From contig JAQTUZ010000003.1 of NCBI GenBank assembly GCA_028707065.1, positions 2,501-66,500 of the forward strand: a stretch of DNA of 64,000 nt, given 5' to 3'. Below, piece by piece: positions 33,845 to 45,577 of this stretch; the first letter of the stretch is position 1; every line of letters starts with the position of its first letter. The position numbers and the translations under genes are program-made. Source of the DNA: Patescibacteria group bacterium. GTDB lineage: Bacteria; Patescibacteriota; Patescibacteriia; Patescibacteriales; WJLG01. The notes under the pieces are model-generated. The model was not told the DNA's origin and searched no databases. It saw only the letters and a program-made list of their open reading frames with translations.

Positions 33845-35331
33845 GTTGATTTTTTTTTCGTAAACGATCGCCAGACATAGGCGATCTCCTCTGTTTTAAC
33901 GGTTTTGAACAACAAGATCAAGACAAGATAGAGTATCGCCGAGCCGGGCACGACGATCAAGATATTTAATTTCGTTTTAAGATAAAAGGCAAACAAAGCC
34001 ATGATGATTGCCGCGGCCAAAATTTTTCCCAAAGCCACGATGATTTTTCGCTGATCGATCTTGATGATTTTTTTCGCCCAATAGAATCCCAGCAAGGTCA
34101 TCAGAAAATTAGTGATCAGCACCGTCACGCTCGCCCCCACGGCTTTATAATGCGGGATTAGCAGGAAATTAAGCGCCACGCTGATGACGGTGACGATGAT
34201 CATATTGAACGTATTGTTTTTTTGCCGGTCGCAGGCGTTAAGCAATGATCCGATCGGATAATTGATAAAAATAAAAATGGCGGCCAGGATGGTGATTTGC
34301 ATCGGGAAGACCGCTTCGGCATAGCCGGTTTTAAATAATAAAATGATCTTGTCGGCCAGCGCGAACACGCCGGCGGAAATAGGCAGCGAAATGATGGCCA
34401 GATAAATAATGGCCTTTTCAAAAGAAACGGCCAATTGCGCCCGATTGCTGACCCAGTAGCGGCTCATGGCCGGATAAAGCGAAGCGATAAACGCGCCCGG
34501 CAAGAATTGCAGGGCGAAGATTATCCGGAAGGAAATCTGATAATAGCCGACGAATTTGTTTCCGGCAAAATGTTCCAGCAAGACCGAGTCCAGATAGGTG
34601 TAAACGCGCTGAAAGATCGCGTAAATGCCGAACGGTACGGCGATCAAAACAATTTTTTTCAGCAATTCCTTATCCCAGTAAAACCCGATCTTGACGCCGA
34701 TCTTGCGCCGCAGAACCGCGTAGGAATAAATAAAATTAAAGGCGCTGGCGATGGTCAAAGAGGCAAAAATGAACGGCAAGGAAAACCCGTAATACATAAA
34801 AAATAAACCGCCGATCATCACGATTATTTGGAAAATAACCGAGGAAATGCTTTCGAAAAATAAATTATGGAAGCCGCGAATGACGCTGTAAAAAGTTACG
34901 GTAAAAGAATCAAACGCCGCCGCGATCGCCGCCAGATAAATAAGGATTTTGATCTCATCGCCATAGCCGGCGATCTGCGCCGCGACGAAAATAAAAAAAA
35001 GAGCCAGCAGCGTCAGCGGCAATTTGATCGCCATGACCGTGCCGAGCAAATTCTTAGCCTCCAGATTCTTTTTGGCCACTTCTCTGGTCAAAACCCCGAC
35101 CAAACCCAGATCCATGATGATGGAAAAGATCGTGGTAAAAGAAATGGCAAAATAGTATTTGCCTAAATTTTCCGGTCCCAGGTTCCGCGCCAGTAAAGTA
35201 AAATAAGTGAACGAAATCACCTTTTGCAAGATCAAGGCAAAAGTGAAATAAGAAGTGTTGCGCGTCACGCTGCCGTCGATTTTCATCACGTCTTCCGCTT
35301 CCCGTTCGATTTCCAATTCGTCATTTTCCAT
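33841..35331 (-). CDS. Polysaccharide flippase (Wzx/MOP superfamily)
   Basis: About 14 TM helices, a typical opening (SYFTFALILQKVISFTYFTLLARNLGPENLGKY), and a 4-nt overlap with the GT4 gene. Confidence 0.8.
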   Translation of the reverse strand: MENDELEIEREAEDVMKIDGSVTRNTSYFTFALILQKVISFTYFTLLARNLGPENLGKYYFAISFTTIFSIIMDLGLVGVLTREVAKKNLEAKNLLGTVMAIKLPLTLLALFFIFVAAQIAGYGDEIKILIYLAAIAAAFDSFTVTFYSVIRGFHNLFFESISSVIFQIIVMIGGLFFMYYGFSLPFIFASLTIASAFNFIYSYAVLRRKIGVKIGFYWDKELLKKIVLIAVPFGIYAIFQRVYTYLDSVLLEHFAGNKFVGYYQISFRIIFALQFLPGAFIASLYPAMSRYWVSNRAQLAVSFEKAIIYLAIISLPISAGVFALADKIILLFKTGYAEAVFPMQITILAAIFIFINYPIGSLLNACDRQKNNTFNMIIVTVISVALNFLLIPHYKAVGASVTVLITNFLMTLLGFYWAKKIIKIDQRKIIVALGKILAAAIIMALFAFYLKTKLNILIVVPGSAILYLVLILLFKTVKTEEIAYVWRSFTKKKST

Positions 35332-35539
35332 GGAAAATTAATTTAGCCGATATTGTTAATATTATAGCACATCTTTATCATGGTCAACGCCGATAAGCTA
35401 TTATTTTTTTGTCTTAAAATTGGCCAAAATAATTTCTCTTGCCTATTTTAATCTTTTATGTTAACATTTAATCATTATTTATAGCATCAGCAAATGCTAT
35501 TTTATTTACTTAAATAATTTATTCGCGGTATTCGTAATT

Positions 35540-35582
35540 CCCCTCTCGGGAGGGGTGGCGCCGCCTCGGCGACGGGGTGGGT
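35540..35582. repeat. GC-rich two-hairpin repeat unit (family A, forward)
   Basis: cccctctcgggaggggtggcgccgcctcggcgacggggtgggt. Confidence 0.85.
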
Positions 35583-35607
35583 TATCGCGAAATTAGCCTT
35601 ATATTTT

Positions 35608-35898
35608 ATGAAAAAGGATATTCATCCGAAATATTATGAGAACGCCAAGGTGACTTGCGCCTGCGGCAATGTTTTCACCACCGGCTCGACTAAGCCGGAA
35701 TTAAGAGTCGATTTATGCTCGGCTTGCCATCCTTTTTATACCGGAAAACAGAAGTTAGTCGATACGGCAAGGCGCGTGGAAAAATTCCAGGCCAGACTTG
35801 AAGCATCCGGTAAAATGGCCGGCAAAAGAGTGAGCAAGAAGGAAAAATTGACGGCTAAAGCCGTTAAACGCGCGGCCAAGAGAGTCGAAAAGGAATAA
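35608..35898 (+). CDS. rpmE: 50S ribosomal protein L31
   Basis: [28 protein letters not shown]...[13 protein letters not shown]. Confidence 0.97.
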   Translation: MKKDIHPKYYENAKVTCACGNVFTTGSTKPELRVDLCSACHPFYTGKQKLVDTARRVEKFQARLEASGKMAGKRVSKKEKLTAKAVKRAAKRVEKE

Positions 35899-35905
35899 TG
35901 CCACT

Positions 35906-35976
35906 AACGGCTATTCTTTTTTGCGTGCTATAATATAGTTTGTAGCATGCAGGGAAGAATAGCCGTTTTAATTTTT
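35906..35976 (+). terminator. Long-stem terminator after rpmE
   Basis: aacggctattctt (35906-35918) pairs with aagaatagccgtt (35955-35967), followed by ttaattttt. Confidence 0.7.
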
Positions 35977-36079
35977 GTAATTTCTAATTTTTAAATTTTT
36001 AAATAATTTTTAATGTTCAATTTTTAAAAATTAAAAATTAAGCCTTATTTAAAAATTATAAAATTTAAAAATTTCCGCT

Positions 36080-37141
36080 ATGTACGAAGACATAAAAAAA
36101 CAATTTTCTGACCTGGAGGCGCGATTGATGGATCCGGCCATTGCCACTGACCCTGCCAAAATGGCTTCCCTGGGAAAAAAGCACGCCAATCTTAAAGATT
36201 TAATGGCGAATATTTTGGAATTGGAAAAAAATGAAAAAATTATTATTCAGAGCCAAGAATTGATTAATATCGAAAAAGATCCGGAGATGAAAGCCATGGC
36301 GCAAACAGAATTGGCCGAGGCGGAAATGAAAGTCGCTGTTTTAAAAAAACAGATCGACGAAGAATTGCATCCGGCCGATCCGAACGACAAAAAGGACGTG
36401 ATTATCGAGATTCGCGCCGGCGCCGGCGGGGACGAGTCGGCTTTGTTCGCGGCCGAGCTTTTTCGGATGTATTCCCGGTTTGCCGAACGCCATCATTGGC
36501 AAGTCGAAATTTTTGAATCCAGCTTAACCGGCATCGGCGGTTTTAAAGAAATCGTTTTTGGCGTCAAGGGCAAGAATGCTTATGGTAATTTGAAATTTGA
36601 GGGCGGAACTCACCGGGTGCAGCGCGTGCCCGAAACGGAAAAACAAGGCCGCGTGCATACTTCCACGGCCACGGTGGCTGTCGTTCCGGAAGCGGAAGAC
36701 GTTGACCTGGTCATTGACGCGAAAGACCTGCGCATTGATACTTATTGCTCTTCCGGACCGGGCGGCCAGAAGGTCAACAAGACTTCTTCGGCGATCAGGA
36801 TCACCCATTTGCCGACCAATGTCGTGGTGCAATGCCAGGATGAAAAATCCCAGCACCAAAACAAAGACAAAGCGATGATGATTCTGCGTTCGCGCTTGCT
36901 GCAAAAGATGGAAGATGAAAAAAGAGCCAAGGATGACGCGGCGCGCAAAAAGCAGATCGGCACCGGCGATCGCAGCGAAAAAATTCGAACTTATAACTTT
37001 CCCCAGGACCGGATCACTGATCATCGGATCAAGCAATCCTGGAGCAATATCACGGTGACGATGGAAAACAATCTGGAAGACATAGTCCAAGCTCTCAAAG
37101 AAGCTGAAAAAAATCTCAATAAAGGCGGTGAATTAAAATAA
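36080..37141 (+). CDS. prfA: Peptide chain release factor 1
   Basis: GGQ motif (SGPGGQKVNKTSSAIRITHLPT) and RVPETEKQGRVHTSTATVAVVPE, the P-x-T tripeptide region of RF1. Confidence 0.95.
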   Translation: MYEDIKKQFSDLEARLMDPAIATDPAKMASLGKKHANLKDLMANILELEKNEKIIIQSQELINIEKDPEMKAMAQTELAEAEMKVAVLKKQIDEELHPADPNDKKDVIIEIRAGAGGDESALFAAELFRMYSRFAERHHWQVEIFESSLTGIGGFKEIVFGVKGKNAYGNLKFEGGTHRVQRVPETEKQGRVHTSTATVAVVPEAEDVDLVIDAKDLRIDTYCSSGPGGQKVNKTSSAIRITHLPTNVVVQCQDEKSQHQNKDKAMMILRSRLLQKMEDEKRAKDDAARKKQIGTGDRSEKIRTYNFPQDRITDHRIKQSWSNITVTMENNLEDIVQALKEAEKNLNKGGELK

Positions 37142-37144
37142 AAA

Positions 37145-37175
37145 GCGGCCAAACAAGGAATTCCTCGTTGGCCGC
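37145..37175 (-). terminator. Hairpin acting as a minus-strand terminator (and probably the prfA 3' end hairpin)
   Basis: gcggccaa/ttggccgc stem. On the minus strand it is followed by ttttatttta; there is no T-run on the plus side. Confidence 0.5.
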
Positions 37176-37581
37176 GAAATCTGCCCGCGCTGCCTACCGG
37201 TACGGCATCCTGAAGATAAAAACAACTTATTGGGACCCTGTTTTGGGTGCGGGTCCTTCGGACAGAACAGGCTGAAGGATTAAATTTATGCATCCATCTT
37301 TTATTCCCCGCTTTTCGAATTGATCGGAAAATAATGAAGATGACACCAGCCATTAGCATGACTAATGTGAGCCAGGGAAAAATCCTTCGTTATAACCATT
37401 GGCTCAATGTATATTAGCACTCTATAAGATTTGAATTTTGCAGTCAAGCATCACTTCGTTATCCCGCCCCGATTTTAATAAAATAATAAGGTTTTAGATA
37501 TAAAATTAAACACGATAAATTCATCATCCAATCTATTTTCCGGCAAAACTGGAGCGGGATTGTCTCAAGCGGTTTCCGCAT

Positions 37582-37605
37582 AAAAAAACCGGAGTACGCT
37601 CCGAT
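37582..37605 (-). terminator. Rho-independent terminator (minus strand)
   Basis: Minus strand: cggag-cgta-ctccg followed by gttttttta. Confidence 0.55.
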
Positions 37606-37885
37606 AAACAGAGGTGCTCCGGGTAGTACAGAGGGAAAGCCACAGCGCTTCCACTGCTCTGCTTTACCGCGCCTATGGGTAACGCGGTATATTGTCAAAC
37701 GAGGCGGCCGATGCCCCAAAAGGATATTGACGGATCACGTTTCCGGGGAAATGACGGATTCTAATCCGCGCAAATGCACGCCGGACAGATCCATGCCCAC
37801 CCTTTTTTCCTCTGAAGGAAGGGCTTCTCGGCCGCGATTGATCGAATCTTACCGTTAAACCGTGGCATCACCGGTTTGGGGTGAA

Positions 37886-37981
37886 TCAAATCGCTGGATC
37901 ACCTCCCTTCGCGTGATCGTCTGCGATCTTAAAGATCCGTTTAACGGTCTTGACGCCCTGCTTAAGGAGCTGGAACGGCAT
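37886..37981 (-). CDS. 31-aa peptide MPFQLLKQGVKTVKRIFKIADDHAKGGDPAI
   Basis: Internal start of track ORF 37886..38068. AAGGAGG (37992-37986) lies 4 nt upstream of the ATG. The peptide looks amphipathic and basic. Confidence 0.35.
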   Translation of the reverse strand: MPFQLLKQGVKTVKRIFKIADDHAKGGDPAI

Positions 37982-38177
37982 GCTTCCTCCTTGTTGCTGG
38001 TGATGATTGATTATACGCGTCCGAATTCGGTTCAAGCTAGCTCGACTAATCTTTTTAGTTCTGCGCAATAACTTTTGGTTTTATTTGCGCAGCTGGTTAT
38101 CCGCCAAGCTTACCTCTTTCGGCTTTCAGCTCTTTATGATTTAAGATTATCAAATTTTAATATTTTGTCAATATTTT

Positions 38178-39080
38178 ATGAACATTCGAGCGGCGCTGGT
38201 ATTCGGCGTCAAAGAAACTGAAGTTAAAAATATCGATCAGCCGGAAATTGAAGCGGAAGAAATTTTGTCATTTGTTTTGAAGAAAAATAGAGAATTTTTG
38301 TTTACTTATCCGGAAAAAAAATTAAATTTTTGCCAAAGCGCCAGATATAAATATCTGATCAAGCGCCGAGTCCGCGGCGCGCCTTTAGCGTATCTTACCG
38401 GGCACCGGGAGTTCTATGGTTTGGATTTTAAAGTCAATAGGAATGTCTTGATCCCCCGCCCCGAAACCGAATTGATGGTCGATGAAATTCTAAAGCGATT
38501 TAAAAACGCCCGCCAGGGAATGATCAGCACCTGGCAAAAAAAATCAGCCATCAGGAATATTATCGATCTGGGCACCGGTTCCGGCTGCATCATCATTTCC
38601 TTGGCTAAAAATTGGCGCGGTAATAAAATTAAATATTGGGGTTTGGATATTTCCCGGAAGGCGCTCGCGGTCGCCCGCCGGAATGCCAGACTAAATGGCT
38701 TAAAAGGCCGTATAAATTTTTTATACAGCGATTTGCTTAATAATATTGATAAAAAAATTTTTAAAGAGCCGCTGATCATCGCGGCCAATCTCCCTTATTT
38801 GACCGCGGCTCAAGTAAAAGATTCGCCAACTATCCAAAGAGAGCCAAAAATCGCCTTGCTGGCCGGAGTCGATGGCCTTGATCATTATCGGCGGTTATTT
38901 CGGCAGATCAAGGATCGCGCCAGATTGTTAAAAAATAAAATATTTGTTTTTTGCGAGATCGATGATGCCCAAAGAAATCCCCTGGAAACGTTGGTTAAAC
39001 AAAATTTTTCCAATTCCGAATTATCTCTCATCAAGGATCTGGGCGGCCATGATCGTTTGGCGATCATTGAACTGCATTAA
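38178..39080 (+). CDS. prmC: Release factor glutamine N5-methyltransferase (PrmC/HemK)
   Basis: IIDLGTGSGCIIISLA (SAM motif I), AANLPYL (an NPPY-type motif) and PLAYLTGHREFYG. Confidence 0.9.
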   Translation: MNIRAALVFGVKETEVKNIDQPEIEAEEILSFVLKKNREFLFTYPEKKLNFCQSARYKYLIKRRVRGAPLAYLTGHREFYGLDFKVNRNVLIPRPETELMVDEILKRFKNARQGMISTWQKKSAIRNIIDLGTGSGCIIISLAKNWRGNKIKYWGLDISRKALAVARRNARLNGLKGRINFLYSDLLNNIDKKIFKEPLIIAANLPYLTAAQVKDSPTIQREPKIALLAGVDGLDHYRRLFRQIKDRARLLKNKIFVFCEIDDAQRNPLETLVKQNFSNSELSLIKDLGGHDRLAIIELH

Positions 39081-39094
39081 GATTTTTGAATCAT

Positions 39095-39121
39095 AAAACC
39101 CCGGCTGCTCACCGGGGTTTT
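39095..39121. terminator. Bidirectional terminator
   Basis: aaaaccccgg/ccggggtttt perfect 10-bp stem between convergent genes. Confidence 0.85.
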
Positions 39122-39147
39122 ATGATATTTAAAGGGACTGGCGGCGG

Positions 39148-40227
39148 CTAATTCGGGCGCATAACTTCGATCCAAGTCGTGCCGGCATTGAATTTAACTT
39201 CTTCGCCGTTAGCATAGTTGAATCTGGTTCGAGACGCGGAATCTTCCTTGACCCACCGTCCGGCTTGGCAGGCGCCATCAAGACAGATCGTGGCATCGCC
39301 CGAACCGACATTCTGCATTTTTAAGCGCAATACAGCGTCGATAACCGCGGCCGGCACGATTTGAATGATGATATTTTTGGCAATGATCAAGTTATTGTCA
39401 GCGGTCAATTCCGGCCCGTTCTCGAAATAACGGATATAATCATTATCGGTTTTATCATAGACCCATTTTGCCCGAAAACTAGGCGCGCGGTAGTTGATCG
39501 AAATTTCAGCGGTGGTGGAAGAGTTCGTTGTCGGCGCGTCCTCTTTGAATTGCCAGGATGAATAATCAGAGGGCAAAATATTTTTGTCAATCAAGAACTT
39601 GTTAAAATTATCCGAAGAAATATAAATATTGTGGGGAGCGGCGCGATTGGTCGCTCGCCAAAAATATTGGCCGCTGTAAAATTCGTTCAGATCGACCAAG
39701 CCCTTTTGCTCGATATCAACCAAAGCTTCGGGACTGCCGCCGCAATGGCCGTAAACCGCGCCAAGTTCGTCAGCCCAATCAACAAAATAGGGGCGGGCGG
39801 AACGAAGCGGGCCGATCTTCTCAACCTTCTCGTCTGTCGCAAAAACAGCCATCAGCCGGGTGTAATACCCTTCCACCTCGGCTTCGTACACTAAATTAGC
39901 CTTTTCCAGGCCGGCTTGCGGCCGGGCGTCGGGGTGATTGTCGATCATGATGGCCGCTGGCGCCAAATTGGCCACGGCGGTTTTGACGTAAACGCCGTCG
40001 ATCCGGCGCCTAGCGCAATCAACGCATTTTGAAGTCCCGTCGATTTTTTGGCCAGAATTGCCGTTCTCTTTTGCCGCGCCGGTTGCCGAATTTTCCGATC
40101 CGGAATGAAAGGCGAATGCCCAAAGTAAAAAAGCGATCAGCGCCATAAACAAAACTATGGAAATAATCATGATATTTTTCCATAGTTTTGGACGGTTTTG
40201 AAGATAATTTTGGATATTGGCGAGCAT
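39148..40227 (-). CDS. DUF3048-type secreted/membrane-anchored protein
   Basis: MIDNHPDARPQAGLEKANLVYEAEVEGYYTRLMAVF and GPLRSARPYF are typical of DUF3048. The internal ATG at 40227 is used because the track start at 40458 overlaps rplY by about 185 nt. Confidence 0.75.
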   Translation of the reverse strand: MLANIQNYLQNRPKLWKNIMIISIVLFMALIAFLLWAFAFHSGSENSATGAAKENGNSGQKIDGTSKCVDCARRRIDGVYVKTAVANLAPAAIMIDNHPDARPQAGLEKANLVYEAEVEGYYTRLMAVFATDEKVEKIGPLRSARPYFVDWADELGAVYGHCGGSPEALVDIEQKGLVDLNEFYSGQYFWRATNRAAPHNIYISSDNFNKFLIDKNILPSDYSSWQFKEDAPTTNSSTTAEISINYRAPSFRAKWVYDKTDNDYIRYFENGPELTADNNLIIAKNIIIQIVPAAVIDAVLRLKMQNVGSGDATICLDGACQAGRWVKEDSASRTRFNYANGEEVKFNAGTTWIEVMRPN

Positions 40228-40273
40228 TCCCCTTGTTCGTTTCTTTAAAATAATGCCAAAGTAAAGAAGATGA

Positions 40274-40972
40274 TTATTTTTTGCCTTCCGTTTTAGCTTC
40301 GGGCTTGGTTTCGGTTTTTGCTTCGCCCTCAACCGCGGCTTCTTCGCCGGCGACGCCGGTTTCCACTGCCGCGACTTCCGCGCTTTCGGCCGGAGCGGTT
40401 TCAAACACTTCTTCCGCTTTCGGTTCGGCAACGGTCGCCACCACATCATCGGTTTCACGGAGCAACTTGATTCCTTTGGGTAATTTCAAGTCGTGAATTT
40501 TAATGACATCATCAAAAGTATTAAGCGGTGAAATGTCCACGTCAAGATGATTGACCAAGTCTGACGGCAAGCATCTGACTTCGATTTCGTTAATGCTTCT
40601 GATCAATACGCCGGATAATTCTTTGACCGCCTTGGACTCGCCGATAAAGTGCAGCGGAATTTCGGCATGGATCTCTTTGCTCATATCGACTTCATAAAAA
40701 TCAACGTGGATCAAAGTATCCTTGACCGGATCGCGCTGCTCCTCTTTGATTAAAACCTTTCCCTCCGCTTTGCCCGCCACGATCAGATCGATCAGGGTCG
40801 ATTCGCCGGCGGCGGCGACGAGTTTGCGCAGATCATTAACCGAGGCCTTGATCAGCTTGTTGGTTTTAAGATGCGGGCCATAAACAACCGCCGGAATAAA
40901 TCCGGACTTAATCATTTCTTTAACGTTTTCTTTTTTGTCTCTTTTTTGCGCTATTAACTTCAGACCGTCCAT
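40274..40972 (-). CDS. rplY: 50S ribosomal protein L25 (Ctc form)
   Basis: LKLIAQKRDKK...GFIPAVVYGP, the two-domain Ctc length, and an acidic/Ala-rich tail. Confidence 0.9.
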   Translation of the reverse strand: MDGLKLIAQKRDKKENVKEMIKSGFIPAVVYGPHLKTNKLIKASVNDLRKLVAAAGESTLIDLIVAGKAEGKVLIKEEQRDPVKDTLIHVDFYEVDMSKEIHAEIPLHFIGESKAVKELSGVLIRSINEIEVRCLPSDLVNHLDVDISPLNTFDDVIKIHDLKLPKGIKLLRETDDVVATVAEPKAEEVFETAPAESAEVAAVETGVAGEEAAVEGEAKTETKPEAKTEGKK

Positions 40973-41023
40973 ATTTAATTTGTTTCTAGTTAACCGTTGG
41001 CGATAACCAAACAGACTAATTAG

Positions 41024-42127
41024 CTAATAATTTATTTTAGATTTTATAATGATATTTTCAATTATCCCGATCATGATCAGGCTGGAAATAATAGAGCTGC
41101 CGCCGTAGCTCAAAAATGGCAAAGCGATCCCCACGATCGGCATAATGCCGATATTCATACTAATATTAACGAACATTTCCAGAAAAATCAAGCCCACCCC
41201 GCACAAGATAATAAAAATGCCGAAATCATTGTTGATTTTACGGGCGACCGAGAGACAGCGATAAAAAATTATGCCAAAAAACAGGAAAATCAGCCCCACT
41301 CCCAAAAACCCCAGTTCTTCGCAAATAACCGCGAAAATAAAGTCAGTTTGGGCTTCGGGAAGAAACTTCAATTGCGATTGGGAGCCAAAACCCACCCCGC
41401 GGCCGATCAAGCCTCCTGAACCGACCGCGATCATCGCCTGCGAGGCGTTATAACCGCGATTCAGGCTATCGGAATGCGGATTGATAAAAGTTAAAATTCG
41501 CTGTTTTTGATAATCCTTAAAAGAAAAAAACCAAAGACTGGCGCCTCCCAATAAGATGATAATCAGCAAAATAATAAAAAATTTTTTATTGAATCCGGCG
41601 ATCGCCAGCATCATCAGCCAGATTAAAAATAAAATCATCGTCGAACCGAAATCCGGCTGGATAAAGGTTAAAAACGCCAAAGGCAAAAGCAATAAACCGG
41701 AGATGATCAGCTGTTTCGTTGATCTGATCTTGATCGCCCGCGAAGAAAAAAAATACGCCAGCAGAATAATTAAAATTATTTTAACAAATTCTACCGGCTG
41801 CAGGCTCAATCCCATGATATCAAACCAGCCCTTGGTGCCGTTGATCGTTTTACCAAACAATAAAACAGCGCCCAAAAAGGCGACAGCCAGAACATATAAA
41901 TACTTGATGGATAATTTTAAATAATTAAAATCCAAAAAGGAGAAACCGAACAGGAAAAAAATGCCTAAAATGACGAACAATATTTGTTTTTTGAAGTTCA
42001 ACAAGTCAGCCGTCCCCCGCCCTAAAGCGATGCTGTAAATTTCGACCAAGCCGAAGCAAACCAGCAAGACCACGGCAAAAAAAAGGACCCAGTCGAAATT
42101 TTTTAAATAGATGATCAGCTTGTTCAT
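41024..42127 (-). CDS. FtsW/RodA/SpoVE-family SEDS glycosyltransferase
   Basis: 10 TM helices; GSQSQLKFLPEAQTDFIFAVICEELGFLG is the SEDS signature. Confidence 0.9.
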   Translation of the reverse strand: MNKLIIYLKNFDWVLFFAVVLLVCFGLVEIYSIALGRGTADLLNFKKQILFVILGIFFLFGFSFLDFNYLKLSIKYLYVLAVAFLGAVLLFGKTINGTKGWFDIMGLSLQPVEFVKIILIILLAYFFSSRAIKIRSTKQLIISGLLLLPLAFLTFIQPDFGSTMILFLIWLMMLAIAGFNKKFFIILLIIILLGGASLWFFSFKDYQKQRILTFINPHSDSLNRGYNASQAMIAVGSGGLIGRGVGFGSQSQLKFLPEAQTDFIFAVICEELGFLGVGLIFLFFGIIFYRCLSVARKINNDFGIFIILCGVGLIFLEMFVNISMNIGIMPIVGIALPFLSYGGSSIISSLIMIGIIENIIIKSKINY

Positions 42128-43050
42128 TGCGGTTGCCGATAGGCTCCTTGATCTAAAATATTCAAATCCGGCGTGATATTGATGCCGGTAACGTCGCTGA
42201 TCGTCCCTGGCCAGGTTATTTCCGCCCGGCGTTTTTCCCGGGAAATAAAATTGCTGATCGTGTATCGATCAAGATAAACGATTCGATTGCCGCTGGTCAA
42301 AATTATCGTCAAAGGAACTTCATAAAAACTATAAGCGCTATTATTGGCCAGCTTGAAAGTTAAAGTGTTGAGGGCGATTTTTTCCGATACCGCGTTGCTT
42401 TTAGCCGGAGTAAAAAGCTGGTCTTCCACGGCAATATTAAGGTGATCCGCCTGATATTGAGGCCAATTGCTGATCACGTGATTATTGATTTTTTGCCAAA
42501 CAATATCGGTTAAAGCAAACTTTAAGTCGTTGGGGCTGGCATTAAAGGATTGATTTAAAGATAAAATATATTTTTTTTCGCCGGGGAGAAGGAAGTCTTT
42601 TCCGCAGATTTTTTCGCCGGCCGATCTGGTGAAACAATAATCAAAGGCCGCCCACCACCGCGCGTTAGGGTTGGTAGCTTGAAGATAAAGATCATATTTG
42701 CCGTCAAGGGCGAGATATCCGACCGGAGATAAAATTAAATTTTTCGCCTTGAGCTGATCAAGATAAGCTTGGCCGACCATCGTTGATTGCGCTAAATTTT
42801 TAACCATTTGCTCGTCGGCATTCATTCCCACTAGGAGATAATAACCATAACCGTAAAGAGTATAGCCCCAGCTCAAAATTGAAACCGATAATAAAAAAAT
42901 AATCAGGATATTTTTTAAAATCCCGCGATTTTTTGTCCACCACAAACCGGCTTCCAGGGTTTTCATCGATACGCCCGTGACGTCGGTTTCGTAGCGGTTC
43001 AAATTAACGCCGGTTTTTTTATTGGCGTCGAGTTTTTGTTTGTCAGCCAT
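42124..43050 (-). CDS. Hypothetical membrane-anchored protein, translationally coupled to the SEDS gene
   Basis: One TM segment near residue 50 and a large extracytoplasmic domain. It overlaps the downstream gene by 4 nt. Confidence 0.65.
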   Translation of the reverse strand: MADKQKLDANKKTGVNLNRYETDVTGVSMKTLEAGLWWTKNRGILKNILIIFLLSVSILSWGYTLYGYGYYLLVGMNADEQMVKNLAQSTMVGQAYLDQLKAKNLILSPVGYLALDGKYDLYLQATNPNARWWAAFDYCFTRSAGEKICGKDFLLPGEKKYILSLNQSFNASPNDLKFALTDIVWQKINNHVISNWPQYQADHLNIAVEDQLFTPAKSNAVSEKIALNTLTFKLANNSAYSFYEVPLTIILTSGNRIVYLDRYTISNFISREKRRAEITWPGTISDVTGINITPDLNILDQGAYRQPQ

Positions 43051-43366
43051 AAAATATGTTTATGTTCTTAATTTTAACACATCCATGGAAAATTATAAAC
43101 GCGATGGCCGGTTTTGTCCATTTTTACGTCACAATTTTTTAACGATTTTGTAAAGGTTTTATCATCATTTTTTAGCGCCTAAAATTCTTGCTTATCGGTT
43201 CTTTTTTTGCTATAATTATAGCAGACAAAGCAATAAACCTGTGTTAATAAATCAAGTAGCTTGAGTGTTGTTTATGGGGCTAATATTAAGTGATTAATTC
43301 GACTGGATGACTAGCCAAATTAATTTTATTTAATCAACTTTTCCCCAATCAACCAATTAACCAAAT

Positions 43367-45403
<2,037 letters not shown>

Positions 45404-45577
45404 AGAAAATTCCAAAATTCTAAGCTCAAAATCCAAAACAAGCACGAAATTAAAAATCCAAAATTAAAAAAATTCGAGTTTTGGTCATTTGAATTTTAAA
45501 TTTATTTTGGATTTCGGATTTTGTGCTTCGGATTTAAATATAAAATATAGCGATAAATTTAAATTTATATAACCTTT

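Noticed and set aside
37021-37359. 112-aa minus-strand ORF in the prfA-prmC spacer
   Set aside because: It runs through a terminator hairpin and into antisense prfA. It has no SD and no recognisable family, so it is treated as non-coding.
37755-37780. tRNA-like arm (cggattctaatccg)
   Set aside because: It forms only a 4-bp stem with a 6-nt loop. I could build no acceptor, D or T arms around it on either strand.
40228-40458. 77-codon N-terminal extension of the DUF3048 ORF (track start 40458)
   Set aside because: It overlaps the 3' end of rplY by about 185 nt and is a K/R/P-rich low-complexity frame. An internal ATG at 40227 directly precedes the TM anchor.
43051-43366. Possible replication origin upstream of gyrB
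   Set aside because: I could not find clustered DnaA-box-like 9-mers (TTATCCACA or close variants), and there is no dnaA or dnaN in the window. The region looks like an ordinary AT-rich spacer with word repeats.
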